A stretch of 63,937 nucleotides of DNA, counting the filler, from Choristocarpus tenellus KU-1152 (lineage: Eukaryota > Protista > Phaeophyceae), in assembly GCA_964200185.2 (NCBI GenBank). It is 7 parts of 7 records of this genome, joined end to end, with 100 filler letters (N's around TTAATTAATTAA, not from the genome) between each part and the next. Parts side by side here need not be neighbours in the genome. Positions count along the whole stretch, not along the records: positions 46,221 to 61,159 come from CAXNAD020001092.1; positions 61,260 to 63,937 come from CAXNAD020025717.1; 5 more parts are not named here. The stretch is one strand, 5' to 3'. Shown piece by piece: positions 53,801 through 63,937 of this stretch. Both the position numbers and the translations under genes were made by a program. Every line of letters begins with the position of its first letter. Position 1 is the stretch's first letter. The notes beneath the pieces are model-generated. The model was not told the origin of the DNA. It saw only the letters and a list, made by a program, of their open reading frames with translations, and searched no databases.

Positions 53801-56800
53801 CATCACCGGTGATCGATTTAAACTCTGCATTGGTCTTACTAGACATGTATGTATATGGAAGGTTCATGGGTTATTCATAGCAACATTTCAGCATCTTTTT
53901 GATAAGGTTGTAAAATGTGGGAACACATGTGTTAAATAACACCAAGCCTCATCACACATGCCATGCCACAACAAAACACTAGAGGATGTGAATCAGCTAC
54001 ATGAAAGATGCCTCAAGTGACATGTTAATACTCGTTGATGGAGCTACTCCATTGGATTTACCACAGTCATTTCTGGCTGCATGGAGCATTACACATACCT
54101 GCCCATCACGGAAGTTGACCATCTCTGGAGCAAGGCCTGTCTTCTGTCTAGAATACATGTTGTAACAAGTGAATGCCAGCGCCTGGGTTGTGGTGGTGTG
54201 TTGTAGAGTAGAGGTGGTGTAGAAGCATTCACATTGTTGAGGAGAAAAAGATTTCGATGGCAACAGACCAGGGTTAGGGTTAGGGTTAGGGGCAAATACA
54301 TTCCTAGACACTTTCATTATCAGGATTATAAAAGATATGATAAGATTTAGCTGTCAGTTATGAAGGAGAAAGAGTTATAAGACCATCCATTATGTAATGT
54401 AACCATAAATGTGGAAAATCATGCACTCACTACCCTTGGAATTAACTGTCAAGTACAGAAACAATATTGAATGTTTACAAAAAAACAGCGACAATTAAGT
54501 CTACAGACATGTGAGTATCTACAACATAGAAGACACAAAAAAAGCACTACACAGCTCGGCATACTTGTTACAATACTGTGGTACTTTGTGCATTCAAGAA
54601 ACAGATTTTGAGTCTACGCAGTACAATGGATCCCACAGTTGAAATTTTTAAATGAGTCACATTTGACTGCATTAATAATTGGAGTATATATTTTTTATAA
54701 ATGAAGACGATGGGGTGAGTTGTGTTGTGTTGTTAGTACCTTGGCAAGGCGTAGGTCACGCTCAGCCTTCTCAGGGTCTTCGTGAGTTGTTGATCCTAGA
54801 GCCAAAGATCCAGCCAAGAAGCACACAAGATGGTCCATCTGTGAGAGAGGGGTTGGAGTATAAATTTTGGTTGTTCTTGAGAAAGCAACTTTGAAACACT
54901 AAACTCAACTACCATGCATTGTTGTCATGATTATTATTACAACAAGAGGTATGACTTCCATATCCTATGAACTGCCGAATCACTATGTAATGGTTACAGT
55001 AAAAAGTTCAGGAACAAAAAATAAAATATTTTAAAGAGAAAAATAACATTGACCTACTAGATAGATACTACATCTGAAAGCAGAGCCAGCACAGTATAGG
55101 TTTAAGTAGAAATTCAAAAAGACTCGCCAATATCCACGCACACATTGTGTACAAATGCCCAAACATGCCAACAATCTCTATGCAAACCCAACTGATCCAT
55201 GCACTACAACATGAAGACCTAATTCCTTGAAATTAGTGCACCTTATTAGTATACCTTATTAATATTTCGAGAACCGTTCCAGTCACTGACAAAGGTCATC
55301 CCACTGGGATTGCTCTTCTTGATCAGAACTTCTGCCACACCATCCATAGCCCGGTCATACCTGAAAGATGCCACATGAGGACACACGAGAATCAAGGTTA
55401 GGGTTAGGGTTAATTGAAGAAAAAAAAAAAGTCATAGAAAAAACGCCATCCTCACTACTTATGTATTGCCTGTAGTGAGTACGACAGGAACAACTATTTT
55501 TTCAAAAAAATCATTCATCTTACATCTTACATCTTACGTTTGACGACTGATGACTTGATCTTCAATCATCTTTTTTACTCCCTTTTCACATCCTGAAACT
55601 GTATGTAAAATATACCAATTGAGTGTATCATTAATACTAGTAATACTATTATTGAAATTGTTGTGACAAGAAGTTAGGGAGTGGAGGGGTTGAGGTTTTG
55701 CAAGGACGATCCTGGTCACTCACATATCTCTGTAGGTGGACTCTGTCTTTCCTCCCTGTAACCAGACCTTGAGGAGATACTCATAGAATGAATCACCTAG
55801 TGCTCCAAGAGTGACCTGCATAACAGTCAAAGCACAGTCAAATAACAACAGTGCTTAAATAATGGTCTGTACCAGTCAAAACGTATCAATGGGAAAAAAG
55901 AATGCACCATATAGCCATATAGACAATCAACACCCAACTGAGGGCTGACCACATCACTATCACAATTTACATGTACAGCATGTCCCTTCTACAGGTTTGG
56001 ACTGTTAACCCTAACCCTAACCCTAACCTCTACAGTCTGGAATATGAAGACTAACCTGTGTTGTGGTTGACCTGCCATTGGTCGGACTGAAGTATATTGG
56101 ATAAAGTCCATGATTGCCACCGATCTGTGCTAAGTGCTCAAAGACATGATTGACCTTGTTGGCATACTTCGGGTCACCAGTGGCATGGCTCAGGTATCGA
56201 AACTCAACCTGTGTTCAGAGGGTACATGTCCACATACATCTAACATGAGAGCACAAGCTTCACTTTCAGAACATTTTCAGATTTCAATGTAAGGGACGTA
56301 AGAGGCCAGGGTGCTATCAAATCAAACCTCAACAACCCTAACAGTGAATGGTGGAAAATGGCTGAGAGATAGATAGATAGAGAGAGAGAAATCGCTATTA
56401 TTGATCAATTAAAACTTGTTTTCTAGTTCTACTAATATAAACCAACCAAAGCTTGTAGGTTATACATCTCTTCTAATGCACTATCCAGTCCAGCAAATCG
56501 TATTATTGTATCAATATCCGTATCAATATCAATATACTGCAGCACACACTCATGATGGATGATGGACATACAATGCCAAAAACCTCCCAACCATAGTTCT
56601 TAAAACCTAATTACTTGTAAGAGAATAAATAACAATAATAAAAAAATAAAAATAACAATACATATTAATCCTTTTCATTCCTGAAATGTTAATCAATACC
56701 ATCAGTATCATACCTAAGAATATTTCTTACCTGTAGTGTCCCTATCTCTGCCAGCACTGACTGAGACCTTCTTGCTGTTCCACTTTTAAAGTTAACATGT

Positions 56801-59785
56801 GATGTGGGAAGGCCACTGTTGGTATTGAAGGCAGGAAGTAGCTTGTCACCTAGCATCTGGGCCTGTAAGAGGTTCCAAAGATCAAGTCAGTCATACACTA
56901 CCGTGCACCAATCAGACACAAGACAAACACACACACACACACACACAAGTCAAACACATACACAAGACAAACACACATATCTATATATATCAAATGGCAA
57001 ACTAAGAGCAAAGGGCATGGTGCCTTATCTCTTAAAATGATCCAACACCTGGACTGTATGGAGTTGGGACCACTTATTTAACAAAGGGAGGACATCTCTC
57101 TACCAACTCCAGTATGTCCAGTGCAACATGATAGTGCATGTTAGGTAACCCTCACTTGTGAGTCCTATGACTATCCTCATAAACTCACCAATGTCTACTT
57201 ATTCAGTTATGATGCCTTTTGTCACCACTCCACCACACTGCATATTCTTATAAATAACCCTAACCGTAACCCTAACCCTAACCCCGAAGAAACAAAACCA
57301 CACAGCAAATATATTATTATTATATTGCTAAACAAGATCAAATCGAAATTCACACCTTGGTTAGGAAAGTCTTGTCCCCAGAGAGGTCATAGGCAGACAG
57401 GAGACCTCCCAGCTCACGGATGGTGGTCTCAAAGACACTCACACTGTTGGCTTTGTCAAATGTCAGTTTATCCCTTACCCAGTCCCTTGCTTCCCAGAAC
57501 TCGTCCTTCATGCCCATGAGCCACAGTGTGTCTAATCATTCCAAGATGATAATTTTGAACAGCATTGCTGATGAGAAAGAATATATATATATATATGTAT
57601 GAATTAACACTATCAATAAATAGTACAACATATAATCAGGATAGAATATTCAAGGTAGGACAACAAAAATTGATGCAGTGCACTAGAGACCACACTGAAA
57701 TGTTGTGTGTATGTGTAGAACCAAAGTGTTGTGAATCAGTAGGGTTAATTGCAGTGAAATTATCAACAGCCGCCGCAAAGGTCACAAGTCTCACATACAT
57801 AATAGTATTATCAACATACATGGTAGGTATGGCAACTGGTGTGTTAAGGGCAAACCAAAGCAGTACAGCAAGCCTTCAAATGGCTTAGAGTCACCTGCAA
57901 ATGTCGGTTTGATCAGTCCCAACCTTTTGTTTTTTGTAATTAAGTTGAAAAAATAAATTGTAAATTGAAAAGGAAAAGACAAATGAAGGGAATCCCGCCA
58001 AATCCCACCAGCTAAATATTAACAGTCAGCCCTTCCACAAGCTTTCTCTTTCTCAAGTGCACCACATTCAAGGCTTTAACCAAACACTGGCTTGGGGAGG
58101 CGATTAAATGGATTGAAGAGAGACTGCAACACCACACATACACTCCATCAGCAGCATAATCAAACCCTTTAACCACAATGAGGATGGTCATCAGAACACA
58201 ACACATGATACTTCAAACTATTGCCAGTGTACATCCAAATCAATTTGCTACATTGAGTATCATGTACATCGTGTCACCTTATCACTTTTGTCACCTTGTC
58301 ACGAACCTGTAATTTTTACTCAAGATCACTTGTTACTCAAGATCACTCCTTACATTGTCACTGTATCACAAAAATAGTATGGACTAGGTGGACACTAAGT
58401 ATCAACTACAGTAGTAGATTGAATCACTAATAAAAACACAATACACGTATACAATAATAATAATAATAAGCGTAAGTATGTCAACATAAATGTATCATAG
58501 GGGAAGGAGGCAAGAGATTTTTTCCTTTACTGTGGAGTCAACCCATTTTTTTATGATACTGAAGGGGGATACAAGTTGTATGCTCTATGACAACATCAAT
58601 TTGATTAACCTATCCCTTGAGGTAATCAAGTGCACACCAGTGCTGAATCATTCAAACACAGGCAACCGCCATTATTATGAAGACCGATACTGATAGTGAT
58701 AGTAATGTCATAATAATAATAGTGAAGGTATCTTAACCCCCTGGAAACTAAATGGACTAAAAGTAATGAAAAGGTAATGAAAACTGTACACATAATATTA
58801 AAATAGCAGGATAGTGACACTCACAATGAGCATCAACACACAATAAAATCAACAAATAAAGTTCATTATCATAATAATATCAAGATCTATCTATTTTGAC
58901 ACAGAGTTATCGGTTCCAAACATAGGGCAGAGCACAACCTACAAGCCAACTTATATATATATATATATAACAATGGTAACTAACCCTAACCCTAACCCTA
59001 ATCATGAATAGTACCACTCACCTAACGAGTCGACAAGAGTGACTCCCATTGATCCCCATGGATTCTTTCCCTTCTTAGTCCTTGGTGCGAGTTCATCCCA
59101 ACCCCATGCATATTGTCTGTAATTAGTCCAGACATGTTGCATGGCCGCCTTCACCTTTGCTGCTCTTTCTCTCCCTATCCTATCACTCTCTTCTCTCATT
59201 TCTGTAGTGACCTGAATGAATAGAACAATGAACAGGGTGTTAACAGGGTGTAGGAGTATTGAACTAGAGGCACATTGTTATGCTTTCAGTGTAGATATCT
59301 AAAAAAAAATAAATAATAAACATAATATATGTGTATGTATGTATGAGTCAGCAAAAAATAAAAATGAATCAATCTTAGCCATGGAGTCTGTGGTATGAAT
59401 GTACAAATATGTCAGAGCAGCATAATGACCATCACCATCACCTCCATTACTATCATCCCACACAATACTAATTGCTATTACTACTACTATGAGGTGTATA
59501 CAGTACCAGTGAACAACTTAACTAAAGAGTGCACTGCATGAAATGCATGACATGTAGCTAGAGAAGTGCAAGTAGCCCTCAGCATGATTCTATCACTAGC
59601 ATCATCTCACAAACATTGTACTATAATACACCACATTAATTATATACTCTTAAGGAGCATCTAGTCAATCAATTGCCAACTTTTGTACACACAACACAAC
59701 ATGACACGACTCACCTGTGTGTTAGTAAGTCCATCCCTCAGGTCAGTATCATAGCCAACCACCTCATAGCGGAAGGAGTATGTCC
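50821..59785 (-). CDS. GH47 class I alpha-1,2-mannosidase (MNS1/MAN1B-like), 11 exons visible, 5'-incomplete
   Basis: Exons 59785-59715, 59211-59022, 57531-57356, 56862-56731, 56208-56056, 55815-55724, 55360-55255, 54838-54740, 54182-54099, 53525-53400 and 51036-50821. Motifs [88 protein letters not shown]. Confidence 0.95.
51800..52450 (-). mobile_element. Decayed plant-type (DD39D) mariner transposase in the last mannosidase intron
   Basis: [10 protein letters not shown]...[13 protein letters not shown]...FDGKIRIWS...[23 protein letters not shown], against family motifs VHIDEKWF / KVMFLAAV / FDGKIGIW / QPxNSPDxNxLDLGFF. Stops and deletions present. Confidence 0.82.
53130..53168 (+). repeat. 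15-bp tandem repeat (gaatcacttcgttgt), ~2.5 copies
   Basis: Direct inspection. Confidence 0.8.
53635..53680 (+). repeat. 13-bp tandem repeat (atgataatttcct), ~3.5 copies
   Basis: Direct inspection. Confidence 0.8.
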
Positions 59786-59800
59786 CTAACCCTAACCCTA
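54270..59800. repeat. Six short interstitial telomeric arrays at mannosidase intron ends (54270-54291, 55396-55412, 56006-56028, 57255-57284, 58981-59001, 59784-59800)
   Basis: 2-4 units of TTAGGG/CCCTAA each, all within ~110 nt of an exon boundary. Confidence 0.85.
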
Positions 59801-60691
59801 TTGAATCCTCTGCTGTCATCCCATTCTGTGTCATTAGCAATGAATCATAATTCAAAATAAAATAAACAGCAACAAAAGTTAAATGTATCAAATAGTTAAA
59901 TAAATGTATCACACAGTTAAATAAAAAACAAACCAGTAACTGGCTTTAGAAGGGGCAGTAGTGTCAATTGCAAGATTTAAACTAAATAGATTATTATAAA
60001 TGTTATATATTTTAACCATTGAATATCTTCAGTATGTCACTTTTGGTTATAGACACCACCAGGTTAGTCATGTGCACTTATGCACCTCTGGAATGACACA
60101 CTTATTGGCACACATTTGAAAATTGTTAATTGACATGACATCAAATTGATGCAATTGCCAGGTTCAACGTGTAGTGGCTAGAGTGCTCCAGAAGTGAATG
60201 AATGAATAAATCACTCTTGATAGATATAACACCAAAGCACAGTAGTGGTCAAGGATCAGGTTGGATTGCCTACAATGCCACCAGCCTTAGGTGCATGTTG
60301 GTTGTGGACATGAACAGCATTTAGCGCTCATTTTCATCCTCCTTTACAGTCTACAATACACCAATATGTTTCTATTAACATCCTCCTTTCACTTTTTTCA
60401 CTTTTTTTTCTTTTTATAACCAGAAACTGTTGCACGGTCAATCAATATAACAATAAAAATAATAATAGTATTATCTGTAGTCCCCAACATTGTTATGGGG
60501 TGGTTATTAATTAGTATCTATATGATGAGGTTTGCCTGATTGACTTTCAATCGAGAGCACCCCCATGCTCAAGTGTTGATTCATCAAGTGTTGATTGCTT
60601 CAACCACAAAACAAACCAACCATTGCATTTAATCAACTGTTCATATTAATGCAATGGAAAGGTTATGACTGACACATTGTTTCCTGCTATA

Positions 60692-60822
60692 ATTCTACAA
60701 TTACCGAACCAAGTCAGAATATAAATATTCTGAATTAATATTACATTTATTTCTATTCTACAATTACCGAACCAAGTCAGAATATAAATATTCTGAATAA
60801 ATATTCCTTTTATTTCTATTCC
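60692..60822 (+). repeat. 63-bp tandem duplication
   Basis: attctacaattaccgaaccaagtcagaatataaatattctgaat at 60692 and 60755. Confidence 0.9.
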
Positions 60823-61159
60823 GCAGTTGCCTTCATTTTATTTTTGTATTTTAAACCTGGCTTTGTTCAACCCTCCAGTGTGCCAGATGTTCTTGTATTC
60901 AAACTTTATCTATTATTTCAATTGTGAGCACAAAAAACAAAAATAGATGCAATGGAGTTACACCTACATGTGACATATGACTAAGGAACAGGTTACATCC
61001 ACCAATACCATGATTATGGCTATTCATCTGCCCTTACCTAAAGAAAAAAAGTGTTAATAGGCACACTTCACCATGCCTGGCACTGCACATGATCACTATT
61101 GGAGAGGGTTAGAGAGGACAGAGCCCCCCCCCACCATCTAACCCCCATCCTACCCCACC

Positions 61160-61259
61160 NNNNNNNNNNNNNNNNNNNNNNNNNNNNNNNNNNNNNNNNN
61201 NNNTTAATTAATTAANNNNNNNNNNNNNNNNNNNNNNNNNNNNNNNNNNNNNNNNNNNN
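61160..61259. other. Artificial contig linker
   Basis: N44-TTAATTAATTAA-N44. Confidence 0.97.
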
Positions 61260-62225
61260 GGGAACCCCAAAAGGGGGGGCTCCGATTTGCCTAAAAGTTG
61301 CAGAATAAACTGTAACTCGGGTAGTTGCAGAGAGTCACGGATGGATGATCGGAAAGGGTTCTCAGATACATGCCAGTATATGCCAGTATTTGCAAACCCG
61401 AATAAACCCCTGACCGCAAATGATGATTAGAGTTCCTAAAAACGGCCCAAAACGGCTCAGTTATTCTGACCTAAAAAGACCCTCATAGCTCACTCTCTTT
61501 CTGATGTCAAACTTTATATACTTTTCTTATACTGATTGATTCATTTGAGATTACCCTTGTTCAGCTGAGCTGATGTTCGATAATCTGTGAATTGGACTTC
61601 TCTTGTACATCCTGGGAAGGTGAGCATTGAAGGGCACCTGTAACATGTCGTCATCATTAAAGCCTCACATATTATAGCAAATCGGTAGGGTTAGGTTCCA
61701 TTCATTTGAACAAGACCCTAACACTAAACCCCCACCTCAAATATCCATTAACCTAACTCAAACACACCCAACCTTTTTCTATCAGGCACACAACAAAATT
61801 CATTAACTTAAACAGTTCATTGGGAAACTATACGTAATTTATTTTTCGTCAAAGACGCACCCAATGCACATTTTCTCTCAAAATACGTCAGCCGACACTA
61901 CAAAAGTAACAATTCAACAGACCAGACGTCAATTGCTTGTCAAAAACAACCCTTATACACACATACTTTTATCCGGACGATTGAACTAGAGGAAAACGTG
62001 TAGCACGTCTATAAACATTTCTACCTCAAAAATGTTTTTGTGGGTAGAGAGCATACATACTCTATGCGTTTCGTCAATGACACGATAATTGTTTTTTTAT
62101 GGTTCACGTGCATTGGACGCAATAACAAACACATGTTCCTTCCTCATCTCTTCTGAATTACATATCTCATCCGGCATCCCGCCCAAACAGTCTACTTCTC
62201 TCCACTCCTCTATCCCCCTTTCCAG

Positions 62226-63564
62226 GAAGTGGGGGGTTGGGAGACCAACCAACAGCAGCACTCTCCGGTCATGGAAGAAGTCCAAGACGGATAAAATCCT
62301 CCACCTATTCTACTCCATGCTTGTCGACCAATATGGGCAGAACGAGGGACAAGGAGAAAGATACACTTGGAAGGACCTCGCCGCTTGGTTTTTGGACGAG
62401 GATAAGAAGTTTGTGCCATTGGCAAGGGCACTGCGAGAGTTATTGTCCGAGGAGATACGCACATCTGCAACCGACATGCAGGTCAGGACCTTCCTCGAAT
62501 TGTTGAAGGACCTTAACACAGAACACACTCGACAGGTGTACAACTCAATCCTCGTGGCCATTGCTCCCGATGTTAAAGTGCTTGACGATGGGCTGACGTC
62601 CACGTACCAACCCAGTCTGTCCAACACGGCCAAGCGATACAACATCAAGATCGACACCCTCAGATCATCGGCAGTTAAGCGCTCAGAATTCATCCACGAT
62701 AGGGAGCACTTTAGTGCTATGTACGTAGATGGTATTGGAGAGTCATGTCCAACTTCCGACAAAGAAGACGTACAGGCCTCTGCACCACCCCCCACCAGGC
62801 AAGTAAGGGTGTCCACCCCAATGGGATATGATTTTTTAGCTAAGGCTCGAACCCAGAAATCCAAGCAAACCCCTAAAAACAATTTCTTCCACCAGGGTTC
62901 GAACACGAAACGCCGTATCCTGTACACTCCTAAGAAATTGTCAACATATCACCAAAAAAAACAAGCAACATCCATCCCTTCATCCAAAATTCCCTCCTTC
63001 TTCTCGGTCGTGATTGTTAGGTTGAACAGGGACAGGGCAAGGATATTCGACGCGACAAGAGACAGTTCTTCGCAACGGTTCGATGTGCAGCACCCTGAAA
63101 CACGTGTCCTTGGCCTAACCGTCTGGGAGAGCAACAGCACAGCCCTGCCCCACGACCCGATCACTTCTCACGATCTTGCTGAGGGAATGCACTCCTTGGA
63201 GCCTAACACCAATAAAAGGGTGTGCCACCCAGATCCACTGTGTCAGCAACACGCTCAAAGGTAATGTATTCCAACCACCATAAAGCGAAAGCGCTTATAT
63301 TCTTCCTGCCCGCAATCTGCTCCTTCACCCCGACAAATTGTGTACACTCTCTCCTCGAAATACAACAACAAATACACGACGACATAAATATTTTATATCC
63401 TCCCTCTGTGCATACATTTAAAACAGGGTACAGATTGGAACCGACGACAACGTTTACGCAAACTTCAAAGAGAGGTTTGAGATGGAGGCAACAGATGGGC
63501 CGATACCGTGCCTGTCCACGTTCGTGAAGTGGAGACCCTTCTACGTCACTAAGGCAACTCAAAA
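62226..63564 (+). mobile_element. Intron-containing N-terminal part of a probable Sola2-like transposase
   Basis: Exons 62226-62798, 63021-63260 and 63427-63564 give ...QQHAQRVQIGTDDNVYANFKERF...PCLSTFVKWRPFYVTKATQK. This resembles the YxxFK...SxFxxxRPxxV segment that precedes the CxCxxH motif in Sola2-type transposases. The catalytic core is not in the window. Confidence 0.5.
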
Positions 63565-63594
63565 GTATGTAGAGAAACACAACCGTTTCACATT

Positions 63595-63937
63595 AATTGT
63601 TCAAACAGACGTACAGCATATAGGAAGGCGCCAACGCTCAACACTTTCCATGTACTACCACCAACTCAACTGCGATACACGTATCGATCTTTGCCCCTTG
63701 CAGAGTCATGAAAAATTATCGGGACCCTACCTGCCTTATCTCTTGCGTATAATACAGGACATGCGTTTGCGTTCACCACATGGCCAGCGACCTATTGGTC
63801 CTATGTCTGAATTGTTCGAACAGACGTACAGCATATAGGAAGGCGCCAACGCTCAACACTTTCCATGTACTACCACCAACTCAACTGCGATACACGTATC
63901 GATCTTTGCCCCTTGCAGAATAAAGAAAAATAATCGG
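63595..63937 (+). repeat. 215-bp tandem repeat running off the window end
   Basis: cagacgtacagcatataggaaggcgccaacgctcaacac... at 63606 and 63821. Confidence 0.9.

Noticed and set aside
62310-62927. 205-aa minus-strand ORF
   Set aside because: Antisense shadow of the plus-strand spliced ORF; no motif support.
63595-63937. Repeat-spacer-repeat pattern as a CRISPR-like array
   Set aside because: A 215-bp tandem unit cut off by the window end, in a eukaryotic context with no cas genes.

Overview
Eukaryotic, intron-rich DNA with TTAGGG-type telomeric motifs. The gene set and intron style suggest a stramenopile, possibly a brown alga or relative (inference). The window is not contiguous: it is 7 contigs joined by identical 100-bp artificial linkers (N44-TTAATTAATTAA-N44), so adjacency across linkers means nothing. 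Host genes, reconstructed by splicing by eye: 3' half of a DEAH-box RNA helicase; a ~1334-aa protein with several PH-fold domains, an NPF-containing linker and a C-terminal alpha-adaptin-type ear; SFT2; a SEC14/CRAL-TRIO protein; a partial ATXR2/SMYD5-like SET-MYND protein; the 3' half of eIF3m; and a GH47 alpha-1,2-mannosidase. Mobile DNA: two intron-containing Sola-like transposase genes, a DD39D-type mariner relic, a Ty1/copia relic, three MITE/foldback families with recoverable TIRs and TSDs, and one long inverted repeat. Best leads: (1) the PH-plus-adaptin-ear protein, a candidate monomeric vesicle-coat adaptor; (2) short telomeric arrays placed strand-asymmetrically at intron ends of the mannosidase gene, where they could supply branch-point (CTAAC) and acceptor (TTAG) signals; (3) spliced Sola-like transposases alongside 4-bp-TSD MITEs. 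Family assignments are from remembered motifs, not searches, and novelty cannot be confirmed without database work.
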